Source: Candidatus Lokiarchaeum ossiferum (GTDB taxonomy: Archaea > Asgardarchaeota > Lokiarchaeia > Sigyniarchaeales > Promethearchaeaceae). From it: DNA of 32,000 nucleotides. Both the position numbers and the translations under genes were made by a program. This document shows, piece by piece, positions 23,364 to 31,727 of this stretch; the first letter of the stretch is position 1; each line of letters begins with the position of its first letter. The stretch lies in assembly GCA_025839675.1 (NCBI GenBank), contig CP104013.1, forward strand, positions 2,430,001 through 2,462,000, read 5' to 3'. Below the pieces are notes generated by a model. It saw only the letters and a program-made list of their open reading frames with translations, had not been told where the DNA came from and did no database searches.

Positions 23364-24242
23364 ATGATGCTATCGCTTGCAGAATTGTCAACCATGACAT
23401 TTATGGGTATTCTATTAATGATTTTTTTAGGATTTTTCATAGGTATTATTACTTCAATAAGTGGAATTGGCGGAGGGGCCATAATTATGCCGTTTCTTCT
23501 TTTAATTTTAAATATGGATCATAATTATGCAAAAGGAACAAGTTTATTTTTAATCCTACTTAGTTCCGGAATCGCGACATTATATAACATAAAACAAAAA
23601 AAGATATCAATTTCCATTATCCTATTCACATCATTCTTTGGAATTTTAGGCAGTATTTCTTGTTTTATCTTCCAAAAATACTTGATTATTGAAGAACGGA
23701 TTTTTTTTATTTTATTTGGACTTTTTGAAGTAATTATGGCATTCCGAATGATTTTCAAAGCCAAATTAGAGTTAAAAAACATTTCCAAAAGTAGTATTAC
23801 TCTAGATCCATCAATTGACAAGTCCATTTCACCATCCAATTCCATCTTAAAGATTGAACATAACTCATTCTGGACAAATAAGAGAGTTTTTCGCGCATCG
23901 CCATTCTTTTTTGTAACGGGATTTCTCACCACGTTTTTTGGAATAGGAGGAGGTCCAATAACAACCCCTGTATTTCATGAAATACTACATATGCCAATTA
24001 CAAGTGCGATTGCTTCTTCAAGTGCAATGATTTTCGTCAATTCGATAATTAATGTCATCTATTATGGAATTCAGGGAGAAATTCAATGGGTATTTGGAGT
24101 AATAATTGGGATAGGAATGATGGTAGGCTCTTATACAGGGGTTTTCCTATCAAATCATATTTCAAAATCTATGGTCTATTTTCTAATTGGGATCTTGCTA
24201 GGAATTCTGGGCACGGTTATGATCATTGGTTTCTTTGTTTAA
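23364..24242 (+). CDS. TauE/SafE-family anion (sulfite/sulfonate) exporter-like membrane protein
   Basis: Two homologous halves each begin with the G-I-G-G-G motif (SISGIGGGAIIMPFL and TFFGIGGGPITTPVF). They are separated by a hydrophilic loop, with about 8 TM helices in total. Confidence 0.75.
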   Translation: MMLSLAELSTMTFMGILLMIFLGFFIGIITSISGIGGGAIIMPFLLLILNMDHNYAKGTSLFLILLSSGIATLYNIKQKKISISIILFTSFFGILGSISCFIFQKYLIIEERIFFILFGLFEVIMAFRMIFKAKLELKNISKSSITLDPSIDKSISPSNSILKIEHNSFWTNKRVFRASPFFFVTGFLTTFFGIGGGPITTPVFHEILHMPITSAIASSSAMIFVNSIINVIYYGIQGEIQWVFGVIIGIGMMVGSYTGVFLSNHISKSMVYFLIGILLGILGTVMIIGFFV

Positions 24243-26963
24243 AATTTTGGAAAGGATTTCTCGTAATTTCTGAAGGCTATAGGGTTTAGGTAATATGTCA
24301 AGAAAGTGGTGTTCCTTATAATTCGCCAGTGTAACATCCTCAGAAAATCCGCTGGATACGATTGCTTTAACTGTTGGATCCAACCGATATATTTCTTCCA
24401 TTGCTTCTCTACCCCCCATGCTTCCTGGAACAGTTAGATCCATGATGAGAAGATCATACTTTCCATTTTCGCTCATTTTCTCTTGAAATTTGGCGATTGC
24501 TTCGTATCCATTGTCTACGATATCAAAGTTCATATCAAGTTTGGTTAACATTCTATTCAAGACTCTTTGAATATCTTTATTATCATCCATAATGAGAATA
24601 TTCGCTTTTGGGATGAAAGAGTGAAGATCATTTTTATCATTATTGTCCATCTTAGCATCGATTATAGGAAGATAAAGAAAAAAAGTTGTTCCTTGATGGA
24701 TTTTGGAAGTGAAAGTAATCAGACCTCCATGTTTTTTCAAAATAGAATAACAAGTGGCTAATCCTAACCCACTACCCTTTTCTTTAGTTGTAAAATAGGG
24801 TTCAAATAGGCGATTCTGTAATTCAAGAGGAATGCCCATACCGGTATCAGATATAGACAACACCAAATATTCCCCACAAGCCAATTCAAGACCTTCATTT
24901 TTCTGTACTAACTTTTCTATAGAAAGATTAATAGTTCCCCCATCTGGCATTGCTTGCACAGCATTAATAAAAATATTGTTTAAGACACGGCTTATTTGGT
25001 TAGTATCGATATTAACTTGAGGAATTGGTTCGTACGTTGATGTAAATTTCCAATTACAATTTGATCCACTTAAAACAAATGAAGCTGAATCTTGAATGAC
25101 ATCGTAAATAGAGGTTGGACTTAAAATTGGGGTACCACCTTTGGAAAATGTTAACAATTGATTAGTCAGGCTACTTGCATGCATAGTGGCACTTTCCAAA
25201 TCATGCAGAAGAACTTCAGCATCGGCTGTTAAATTAGATTGCAATTGTAGCAGATTAATATTCCCCAAAATAGAAGCTAAAATATTATTATAATCATGAG
25301 CTATCCCTCCAGCAAGGAGAGCAATTGATTCCAATTTCTGGGTGTTCATTCGTTGTTTTTCGATTTCCTTACGCCCCGTTATATCTCGAGTAATCGAATT
25401 TACAAAGGTCAGATTTCCATTAACATAATTAAAAGTAAAATTGTTTTCAACTGTAATTTTCATTCCATTTTTTTTTATTAAATCCAATTCATCGATTAGT
25501 TCAATTCTTTCTTGTTCTATAGCAATGTTCCACTGTTCGATTAAACGTTTCCGGTCACTTGGTGCAATAATTTCCGCAATGTCATGCCCAATCAATTCAT
25601 ATTTGGCATAACCAAGTATATCAAGAACAGCAGGATTTGTTTCAACAATTAGACCATTACAATCGAGTTGAACGATCATATCATTCGTATTAAGAAATAA
25701 TTTCTGAAATTTTTTCTCACTTTCTTCAATAAGTAGAGCTAATTGCTTTTGTTCGGTGATATCTATGATAACTGATTGTATAATTTGAACATTTTTTAAA
25801 TTAAATACATTTACTGCTTGTTGCACCCACTTTGATTTATTTTGATTAGTATTGATCTGGTATGTGATGAAATTTTTAAGCATGTGATCTGGTTGTAGAT
25901 TAGAAAAGAATTCTTTAACACGATTTTTATCATTTATGTGGATCTGATCAAAAAATTCAGACATTTTCCAATTCTCAATGGTTTCTTTTGAATAGCCAAA
26001 CAATTCAGACAATTTCGGATTTGCATAAATGATATTTAAGTCTTTAAAAATTAAAAATCCAAGAAAAGAATTGTCAATAAACTCGCGTAACTTATGCATT
26101 CCAATCCGCTTGAAATCATCATCTTCTGGATTCAATTCTTCTATAGGAAAGCGAATTCCGATAATAATAAAGATTGGTGAGGCTATCCAAAAAGAATGGC
26201 CTATTAAATGGATCAAAAAACGGATGATATCTGATTCAAAAAAACTAGGAAAAGCAAGTTTAAACATCCCCATAATAAAAAGAAAAAGAAATCCAAAACC
26301 TATGCAAAAAATACCTAACTGAAGAAATTTAATTTGATGTTTATACGAACCCGTTATAAAATTAGAAGATGAAGAGTTTAGAATCACAGCAAACCGAATA
26401 GAGCTAATCATGTAAAGTATTATAAAAAGAAATATAGACGCACCACTAATTTCTCCCCATGTTGCATCAAGAACAATGCCTTTTTCTGATATTATAGCGG
26501 ATAAATTCTCTCCTAAAATTAAAATAATGGAGAAGAATAAAAATAATATTAGCATTCCTTTATTTTGGGTGATTTTTTCAGTAGTCCATTTTTCCCCATA
26601 GCTTAAATTAAAGGGTATGATAAAATAACAGATTAATAAAACCAACAAACCAAAACCACACACATCTCTTAATATATTTGCAATAAATAGGGAAGGATAA
26701 TCAAAATCATATCCTGTATACACACCAAAGGGAGTATATGCATTAAATGAAATTCCAGCAAAAAGAAAAATGAAGAGATCCAGAGAAATGAAAACGACCC
26801 ATCCGATAAGCCCATAGACAAGTAATTTATGCGTTAATGGCCTTTCCACCCATTTTGTATCTTGGAATTGATGAGAAACAGTCGAAATTGCAATGAGAAA
26901 CAAAATTAGTTCAATTAATTTTGGAATAATTAAATAAATGTGTACAAGTTCTATCATTGCCAT
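24198..26963 (-). CDS. Hybrid sensor histidine kinase: polytopic N-terminal membrane domain, PAS repeats, HisKA, HATPase_c, C-terminal receiver
   Basis: About 270 aa of TM helices. The PAS-like regions are LGFLIFKDLNIIYANPKLSELFGYSKETIENW and NTNDMIVQLDCNGLIVETNPAVLDILGYAKYELIGH. The H-box is GGIAHDYNNIL, the N-box is NNIFINAVQAM, G1 is DTGMGI and G2 is GSGLGL. The REC domain has IMDDN, LLIMDLTVPG, VSSG and PKP. Confidence 0.9.
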   Translation of the reverse strand: MAMIELVHIYLIIPKLIELILFLIAISTVSHQFQDTKWVERPLTHKLLVYGLIGWVVFISLDLFIFLFAGISFNAYTPFGVYTGYDFDYPSLFIANILRDVCGFGLLVLLICYFIIPFNLSYGEKWTTEKITQNKGMLILFLFFSIILILGENLSAIISEKGIVLDATWGEISGASIFLFIILYMISSIRFAVILNSSSSNFITGSYKHQIKFLQLGIFCIGFGFLFLFIMGMFKLAFPSFFESDIIRFLIHLIGHSFWIASPIFIIIGIRFPIEELNPEDDDFKRIGMHKLREFIDNSFLGFLIFKDLNIIYANPKLSELFGYSKETIENWKMSEFFDQIHINDKNRVKEFFSNLQPDHMLKNFITYQINTNQNKSKWVQQAVNVFNLKNVQIIQSVIIDITEQKQLALLIEESEKKFQKLFLNTNDMIVQLDCNGLIVETNPAVLDILGYAKYELIGHDIAEIIAPSDRKRLIEQWNIAIEQERIELIDELDLIKKNGMKITVENNFTFNYVNGNLTFVNSITRDITGRKEIEKQRMNTQKLESIALLAGGIAHDYNNILASILGNINLLQLQSNLTADAEVLLHDLESATMHASSLTNQLLTFSKGGTPILSPTSIYDVIQDSASFVLSGSNCNWKFTSTYEPIPQVNIDTNQISRVLNNIFINAVQAMPDGGTINLSIEKLVQKNEGLELACGEYLVLSISDTGMGIPLELQNRLFEPYFTTKEKGSGLGLATCYSILKKHGGLITFTSKIHQGTTFFLYLPIIDAKMDNNDKNDLHSFIPKANILIMDDNKDIQRVLNRMLTKLDMNFDIVDNGYEAIAKFQEKMSENGKYDLLIMDLTVPGSMGGREAMEEIYRLDPTVKAIVSSGFSEDVTLANYKEHHFLDILPKPYSLQKLREILSKILNKETNDHNRAQNS

Positions 26964-27009
26964 TAGATTCCAATAACAAATATGAGGCGTATCCTTAAAA
27001 CAAGTTCAT

Positions 27010-27020
27010 AAAAAAAAAAA
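27010..27020 (-). terminator. Oligo-T (T11 on the minus strand) after the 27032-27538 gene
   Basis: The A(11) run on the plus strand lies 11 nt downstream of the stop. It separates that gene from the kinase gene. Confidence 0.5.
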
Positions 27021-27031
27021 GAGAAAATGGT

Positions 27032-27526
27032 TTAGCAAATTTCTGCTTTTAAAAGATCAATTCCAGTCCATGCCCCAAAACTATGTCCAGAATCAATGTA
27101 GACATAATCTAAATATTTAGAAGATTGTAGGGATAAAGAATTTGGATTTCCCGAAGGAATTAAAATAAACTTACTCGAATATGTTCCATCGGTGTAATAG
27201 GCTTTAACAGTAACAGAATTGATACTCGAAATTTCAAAATATAAAGTATCACATTTTTGATTGGTAAACTCAAATTTCACTTTTATATCATCCCATAATG
27301 TCAAATATTCAAGTAAAAATTGACCATCTCCTGCATAAAAAGTCGAAGAAATACTGCCTAAAGTTAACTGCCCCGAATCAATTCGATAACTATGAGCATA
27401 AGCAAAACCATCTCCGGGGTCAGGGTATATGACTTTCAAAACGTGATCAGCATTGACAATTGGCAAGCAAGCGAAAAGCACCAACCAAATGAAAAGAGTC
27501 TGCAATGATTTTTTTGTAATTTTCAT
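27032..27526 (-). CDS. Small secreted protein, unknown function
   Basis: It has a signal-peptide-like N-terminus, MKITKKSLQTLFIWLVLFACLPIVNA. The rest is rich in beta-strand-type alternation. The track start at 27538 adds MVLK, and the MKITKK start is preferred. Confidence 0.55.
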   Translation of the reverse strand: MKITKKSLQTLFIWLVLFACLPIVNADHVLKVIYPDPGDGFAYAHSYRIDSGQLTLGSISSTFYAGDGQFLLEYLTLWDDIKVKFEFTNQKCDTLYFEISSINSVTVKAYYTDGTYSSKFILIPSGNPNSLSLQSSKYLDYVYIDSGHSFGAWTGIDLLKAEIC

Positions 27527-27631
27527 TTTAAGCACCAACTATCAGAAGATAAAAATCAATCAAAAGATAGTTAATGTGAATTTTCGATTAAAGCATAAAA
27601 AGTAGTATAAAAAAAACAAGATAATAAACTC

Positions 27632-28609
27632 TTACTTTCCAAGAGCTTTCTTATTAACGCAATCAATATATTTGCCGTCATTTAACAATTGTCCTATTTG
27701 ATCAGCAGCTAGCGCGGCTACATTAACTTGGGCTTCAGCACTACTAGCACCAAGATGAGGGCAAACGACAACATTATCTAAAGTTACAAATGGAAAATCT
27801 TCTTTATTGGCTGGCTCCTTAGAATAGACATCAATGCATGCACCGGCAATTTTTTTATCAACCAGTGCATTATAAAGTTCTGCTTCATTTATAACAGCAC
27901 CACGCGCACAGTTTACAATTACAGCGGTTTCCTTCATAATTTCAAATTGCTCTTTCCCGATCATACCACGGGTTGAATCAGTCACTGGAACATGTAAAGA
28001 AAGATAATCCACTTTTCCTAAAAATTCATTGAGATCTTCATAAAGTGTGACACCTAAATCTGCAGCGTATTCTTTGGTAACGAATTTATCGTATGCAATC
28101 GTTTCCATACCAAATGCTTGACATACCTTAGCTACACCTCCACCAATGCGTCCAATTCCCAGAACTCCAAGTGTTTTACCTTTAAGTTCTGATCCTTTCA
28201 ATTGTTTTTTATTCCATTGACCTGCTTTCATTGAGGAATCAGCCTGAGGAATATGTCGAGCCCATGCAAGCATTAATCCCAAGGAAAGTTCTATAACTGC
28301 ATTCGTGTTTCCAGTTGGAGTTATTAATACAGCCACCCCTTTTTTGTTTGCTGCTTCGACATCGATGTTATTATATCCAGCACCAGCACGAGCAATAACT
28401 TTAAGTTTGGTCCCAGCAGCAATTACATCAGCATCTGCTTTTGTAGCACTTCTTACAATCATTGCATCATATTCTGGCATCATTGCAATGAGTTCATCTT
28501 TAGTATGTTTTGTTTTGACATCAAATGAAATGTTAGAATATTTGTCAAAAGTTTTCAATCCTTCAGCAGAACAATTATCTGCCACTAAACACTTATACTG
28601 TTCAACCAT
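27632..28609 (-). CDS. D-isomer-specific 2-hydroxyacid dehydrogenase, short D-3-phosphoglycerate dehydrogenase-like (no ACT domain)
   Basis: The NAD fold is GVLGIGRIGGGVA. The catalytic R/E/H context is present (NCARGAVINE, CPHLGASS). The track start is GTG at 28618. The ATG at 28609 has GAAGTGAT upstream. Its serA role is inferred from the neighbouring aminotransferase. Confidence 0.75.
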   Translation of the reverse strand: MVEQYKCLVADNCSAEGLKTFDKYSNISFDVKTKHTKDELIAMMPEYDAMIVRSATKADADVIAAGTKLKVIARAGAGYNNIDVEAANKKGVAVLITPTGNTNAVIELSLGLMLAWARHIPQADSSMKAGQWNKKQLKGSELKGKTLGVLGIGRIGGGVAKVCQAFGMETIAYDKFVTKEYAADLGVTLYEDLNEFLGKVDYLSLHVPVTDSTRGMIGKEQFEIMKETAVIVNCARGAVINEAELYNALVDKKIAGACIDVYSKEPANKEDFPFVTLDNVVVCPHLGASSAEAQVNVAALAADQIGQLLNDGKYIDCVNKKALGK

Positions 28610-28670
28610 GAGTATCACTTCTAAATATTAGATGGAAATTAGTAGAAATAAAAAAAGGATATATAACAAT

Positions 28671-29810
28671 TTATTTTAAAGCATCTTGGACTGCCAAGGT
28701 GGCGGCATCCAACATTTGTTGAGTTTCTTCAGTTGTAACCCATCCCATTGGAGCAATGCGAAAATTACGACCTTTTAATTGTTTTCCATATCCATTGACA
28801 ATTTTAAATCCACGTTCAAACATAGCATCGACAAATTTTGCCACTAAAGCAGGATCTCCTTTGAAGGGCCCATTTTCATTATTTTTTATTGCAACCACAG
28901 TTTGAGAATGATATCCTTCTGGACTATAAATTTCAAATCCTTCTTTCACAGCCCAATCTCGAATTAATTGGGTCCGTTCAGAATGATCTTTGGCGTATTG
29001 TTCGACTCCTCTCTCAATAATGTGCTCTAAATCAACTTTCAAAGCACGGATTTGAGGAATTGGAGGAGTTATCGGATGTTCATCATTTTTACCTTTTTTT
29101 TGAAGGGAGAGAAAATCTAAATAGAAACCCCGATTCTCGACAGTTTTAGCTTTCTCAAAAGCACGGTCTGAAATTGCAGAAACAGCGATTCCTGGAGGAA
29201 GGGCAAAACATTTTTGGACAGAAGCAAGAGCGACATCAATACCCCAATCATCCATTTTTATTAAAGTTCCAGCCATCCCAGACACAGTATCAACGCATAA
29301 CAAAGCACCATAGTCCCTCACAATCGGACCTATTTTATCTAAAGGATTTAGCACACCAGTACTGGTTTCATTGAAAGTTATGAAAACCACAGAATATTTT
29401 TTGTCTGCTTTATCCAAAGTTTCCTTTACTAATTCAGGGGATACACCTAATCCCCATTCCACCTTAATTACATCTGCTTTTTTACCATTCGATTTTGCCA
29501 TGCTGGCCCAACGATCTCCAAAAGCACCACAGGTAAAGAAAAGAGCATATTCGTCATCTTTAACTAAATTTCGTACACAAGCTTCCATGATTCCCGAACC
29601 AGAATTAGCCCAAATGAGAATTTCATTTTTAGTTGAGAGTAATTTTTGCATGTTGGTTCGAATGCTTTGATGCATTTCTCGGTATGCAAGAGAGCGGTGA
29701 GTATCATTAGCTTTACCCATTTCGTTTAAAATCCACTCTGGGACTTCAACAGGACCAGGAGTAAAGAGTTTATAATCAATCCCTTCCGGATTAAGATGTT
29801 TATTTGGCAT
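28671..29810 (-). CDS. Class V aminotransferase (serine-pyruvate / archaeal phosphoserine aminotransferase-like)
   Basis: The N-terminus LFTPGPVEVPEWIL is typical of class V. The PLP lysine context is SVQKCFALPPG (S-x-Q-K). It lies 52 nt upstream of, and co-oriented with, the dehydrogenase gene. Confidence 0.8.
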   Translation of the reverse strand: MPNKHLNPEGIDYKLFTPGPVEVPEWILNEMGKANDTHRSLAYREMHQSIRTNMQKLLSTKNEILIWANSGSGIMEACVRNLVKDDEYALFFTCGAFGDRWASMAKSNGKKADVIKVEWGLGVSPELVKETLDKADKKYSVVFITFNETSTGVLNPLDKIGPIVRDYGALLCVDTVSGMAGTLIKMDDWGIDVALASVQKCFALPPGIAVSAISDRAFEKAKTVENRGFYLDFLSLQKKGKNDEHPITPPIPQIRALKVDLEHIIERGVEQYAKDHSERTQLIRDWAVKEGFEIYSPEGYHSQTVVAIKNNENGPFKGDPALVAKFVDAMFERGFKIVNGYGKQLKGRNFRIAPMGWVTTEETQQMLDAATLAVQDALK

Positions 29811-29977
29811 GTTTTTTGCACCATTGAAAAGGCGATCAAAAATGTGATCATGGTCAATTAAACTCGAAATCCTAATAAATCTCTAGGTAAACAAGAAAAA
29901 AGGGCTAAAAGTGGGAAGAAAAATGACCAAAATTTCAGTGAATGTGCAAAAAAAATTTTGTCGAAAAATACCTAAAA

Positions 29978-30006
29978 ATTGGCATCCCCAACTTTAAAAT
30001 GCCAAT
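29978..30006. promoter_or_regulatory. 8-bp perfect inverted repeat ATTGGCAT-N13-ATGCCAAT, ending 17 nt upstream of the 30024 start codon
   Basis: The arms are 29978-29985 and 29999-30006, read directly from the sequence. The loop contains tttaaa. Confidence 0.3.
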
Positions 30007-30023
30007 ACGACTAATCACAACAT

Positions 30024-31484
30024 ATGAGTAGTCAAGAAATATATAGTCAGTTCCTTCTCCCCACACCAGTCTCGATCTCAAAGGGTTCAGTAGATCAATC
30101 CGTTTCACTCTCAGGGAATTGGACTATTTCAACAAATTGTCCATCTGATAGGTTAAAAAATCATGTCTATACATTACCCAAAAAAGTATCCACTTCCAAC
30201 CCCAATGATCAATTCGATTTTGCTTGGAATTCAACATTTGAAGGTCAAATAGATGAATTCTATAACAGAAAAAATATTGGTGTATTTCAGCCTCGAGATC
30301 CCCTTTTTCTATTAATCTTACCTGATGGACTTGAGATCAAACCAGAATTAATAATAAAAAATATTCAATGGCAAACGGACTGGAATATAAACGATTATTG
30401 CTCTACCGATGAATATCATCTTTTAATAGGCAAATTTATCCAAATTAGCTCTAGAACAGAGCGAGGATTATTTTATGGCCTTCAATCCTTAAAATCACTG
30501 ATTAAATTTTCCAAAAATAACATCCCTTTACAAACAATCCAGGATTCCCCAAAAACGAGTCAACGAACCATTTTATTAAGTATTCAAACGGATCCGATTA
30601 ATGATGAATTTTTTGAGGATGTAATGCATAAAATGGCCAGTTATAAGATTAATTCAATTATTCTTCAAGGTGGAAAGCTCACAGAAAATCACTTTAGCTT
30701 GTTGAACAATCTTTATATTGAACAAATTCAACGACCAGAAAAACCATTGTTATCCTCGAGGTTCTCCCAGTGGGCCATAAAAAATAAAGCTTGGCCAATT
30801 CTCATCCATAATTTCGCATCTCAAGCGGAAACAACATGGACAGGCAAATCACCATCTGATGATTTTTCTATGAAATTTTGGCAAAATTTCTTTTTTGCAA
30901 CTTCAATAAAAGAAAATATCGATGAAATTCAAAATTTAAAACCATTTTTTGATATAGTTGGTTATTTGAAGGCAAATTTTGAAGAATTGCAGCAAAAATT
31001 CCAAGAAAATCAAAATATCAGGAGTAATATCACGATTGAAGGGATGCATGTGGAAGATCTTCAAACGAAGCTACTGCTTTTAGAACGATCTTTGTATAAT
31101 TTAGAATCCAAAGTGAGATGGAATAAAGATTATTTTGAATCTTTCCAGATGCTCCTTTCTTATCAAATTATTTTACTGAAAACTATTAGTGTTATTCCAA
31201 CAATAGAACAAATCGGTAGTAGCCTTACAGAAGACACTGAAATCCACCTTCCTTCCATTAATTCTCTTTCAAAAGAACAAGAAAGCTTGCAATACTTGAA
31301 ACAAAGTCTAGATCTCTTACAACTCCGGATTTTTAAGTATAATGAATGGGCTTCTGGAACTCCGAATTTCCAGAGCATTTTTCAAACTGAACTAAATCAT
31401 GTTAAAAATCAAGCTGAAACTTCCATAACAAAGTTTTCTACCCTAATTCAAGCTTTACGCGATTTTATCTCAGGTGTAAAATAG
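30024..31484 (+). CDS. GH20-like (beta-hexosaminidase-like) protein that appears catalytically degenerate, with a long helical C-terminal half
   Basis: RGLFYGLQSLKSLI matches the G-x-F-Y-G-x-Q-T/S-L motif ending the GH20 N-terminal domain. IQDSPKTSQRTILLSIQTDPINDEFFEDVMHKMASYKINSIIL is collinear with the I-x-D-x-P-R-F-x-x-R-G-x-M-L-D-x-x-R-H...MA-x-x-K-L-N start of the GH20 barrel. I did not find the R-H, H-x-H-x-x-D-D or D-E catalytic motifs. Confidence 0.45.
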   Translation: MSSQEIYSQFLLPTPVSISKGSVDQSVSLSGNWTISTNCPSDRLKNHVYTLPKKVSTSNPNDQFDFAWNSTFEGQIDEFYNRKNIGVFQPRDPLFLLILPDGLEIKPELIIKNIQWQTDWNINDYCSTDEYHLLIGKFIQISSRTERGLFYGLQSLKSLIKFSKNNIPLQTIQDSPKTSQRTILLSIQTDPINDEFFEDVMHKMASYKINSIILQGGKLTENHFSLLNNLYIEQIQRPEKPLLSSRFSQWAIKNKAWPILIHNFASQAETTWTGKSPSDDFSMKFWQNFFFATSIKENIDEIQNLKPFFDIVGYLKANFEELQQKFQENQNIRSNITIEGMHVEDLQTKLLLLERSLYNLESKVRWNKDYFESFQMLLSYQIILLKTISVIPTIEQIGSSLTEDTEIHLPSINSLSKEQESLQYLKQSLDLLQLRIFKYNEWASGTPNFQSIFQTELNHVKNQAETSITKFSTLIQALRDFISGVK

Positions 31485-31495
31485 ACGCATTTTGC

Positions 31496-31504
31496 TTTTT
31501 TTTT
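31496..31504 (+). terminator. Oligo-T tract after the GH20-like gene
   Basis: T(9) begins 12 nt after the stop at 31484. Confidence 0.45.
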
Positions 31505-31619
31505 ACTTTTAGGACATGGAATTATTTCTTCTCCAACTAAAGTTTACAGACAGATAACTTCTGCCTATAATGGACTAGAACACTATGATTTATTTTCTTT
31601 AATGATATATTATAAAAAA

Positions 31620-31656
31620 ACAAGAATTATAAGGACAAAAAATACAAGAATTATAA
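31620..31656. promoter_or_regulatory. Direct repeat ACAAGAATTATAA x2 (31620-31632 and 31644-31656), 24 bp between starts, upstream of the PAS gene
   Basis: The two copies are exact 13-mers read from the sequence. Each contains a TTATAA A/T box. The PAS ORF starts at 31728. Confidence 0.35.
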
Positions 31657-31727
31657 TACACTATTTGTAGATTAAAAGGAATAGAAAAACATCATAATCA
31701 AACTAAAAAAAATGATGATTTCATAAA

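Noticed and set aside
27632-29810. The serC-like/serA-like pair as part of the sulfate cluster, supplying phosphoserine for a cysteate-type sulfonate pathway.
   Set aside because: The pair is on the opposite strand, separated from the sulfur genes by the kinase and a secreted-protein gene. It is fully explained as an ordinary phosphorylated serine-biosynthesis operon. It is mentioned only as a weak speculative link in the sulfur-cluster finding.
1955-31378. Many 60-135 aa ORFs in the track lie inside or antisense to longer genes. Examples are 1955-2152, 2310-2507, 3567-3749, 5121-5402, 5320-5523, 5614-5841, 6267-6578, 6851-7213, 7487-7891, 7950-8165, 9872-10069, 10739-11035, 11270-11591, 11561-12957, 13570-14333, 14829-15056, 15841-16035, 18014-18214, 19764-20527, 22124-22348, 23525-24289, 24567-26322, 28305-28631, 29174-29670 and 31163-31378.
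   Set aside because: Each overlaps a longer ORF that has clear family motifs. Their translations are low-complexity or compositionally odd, with no recognisable motifs. This is typical of shadow ORFs in AT-rich DNA.
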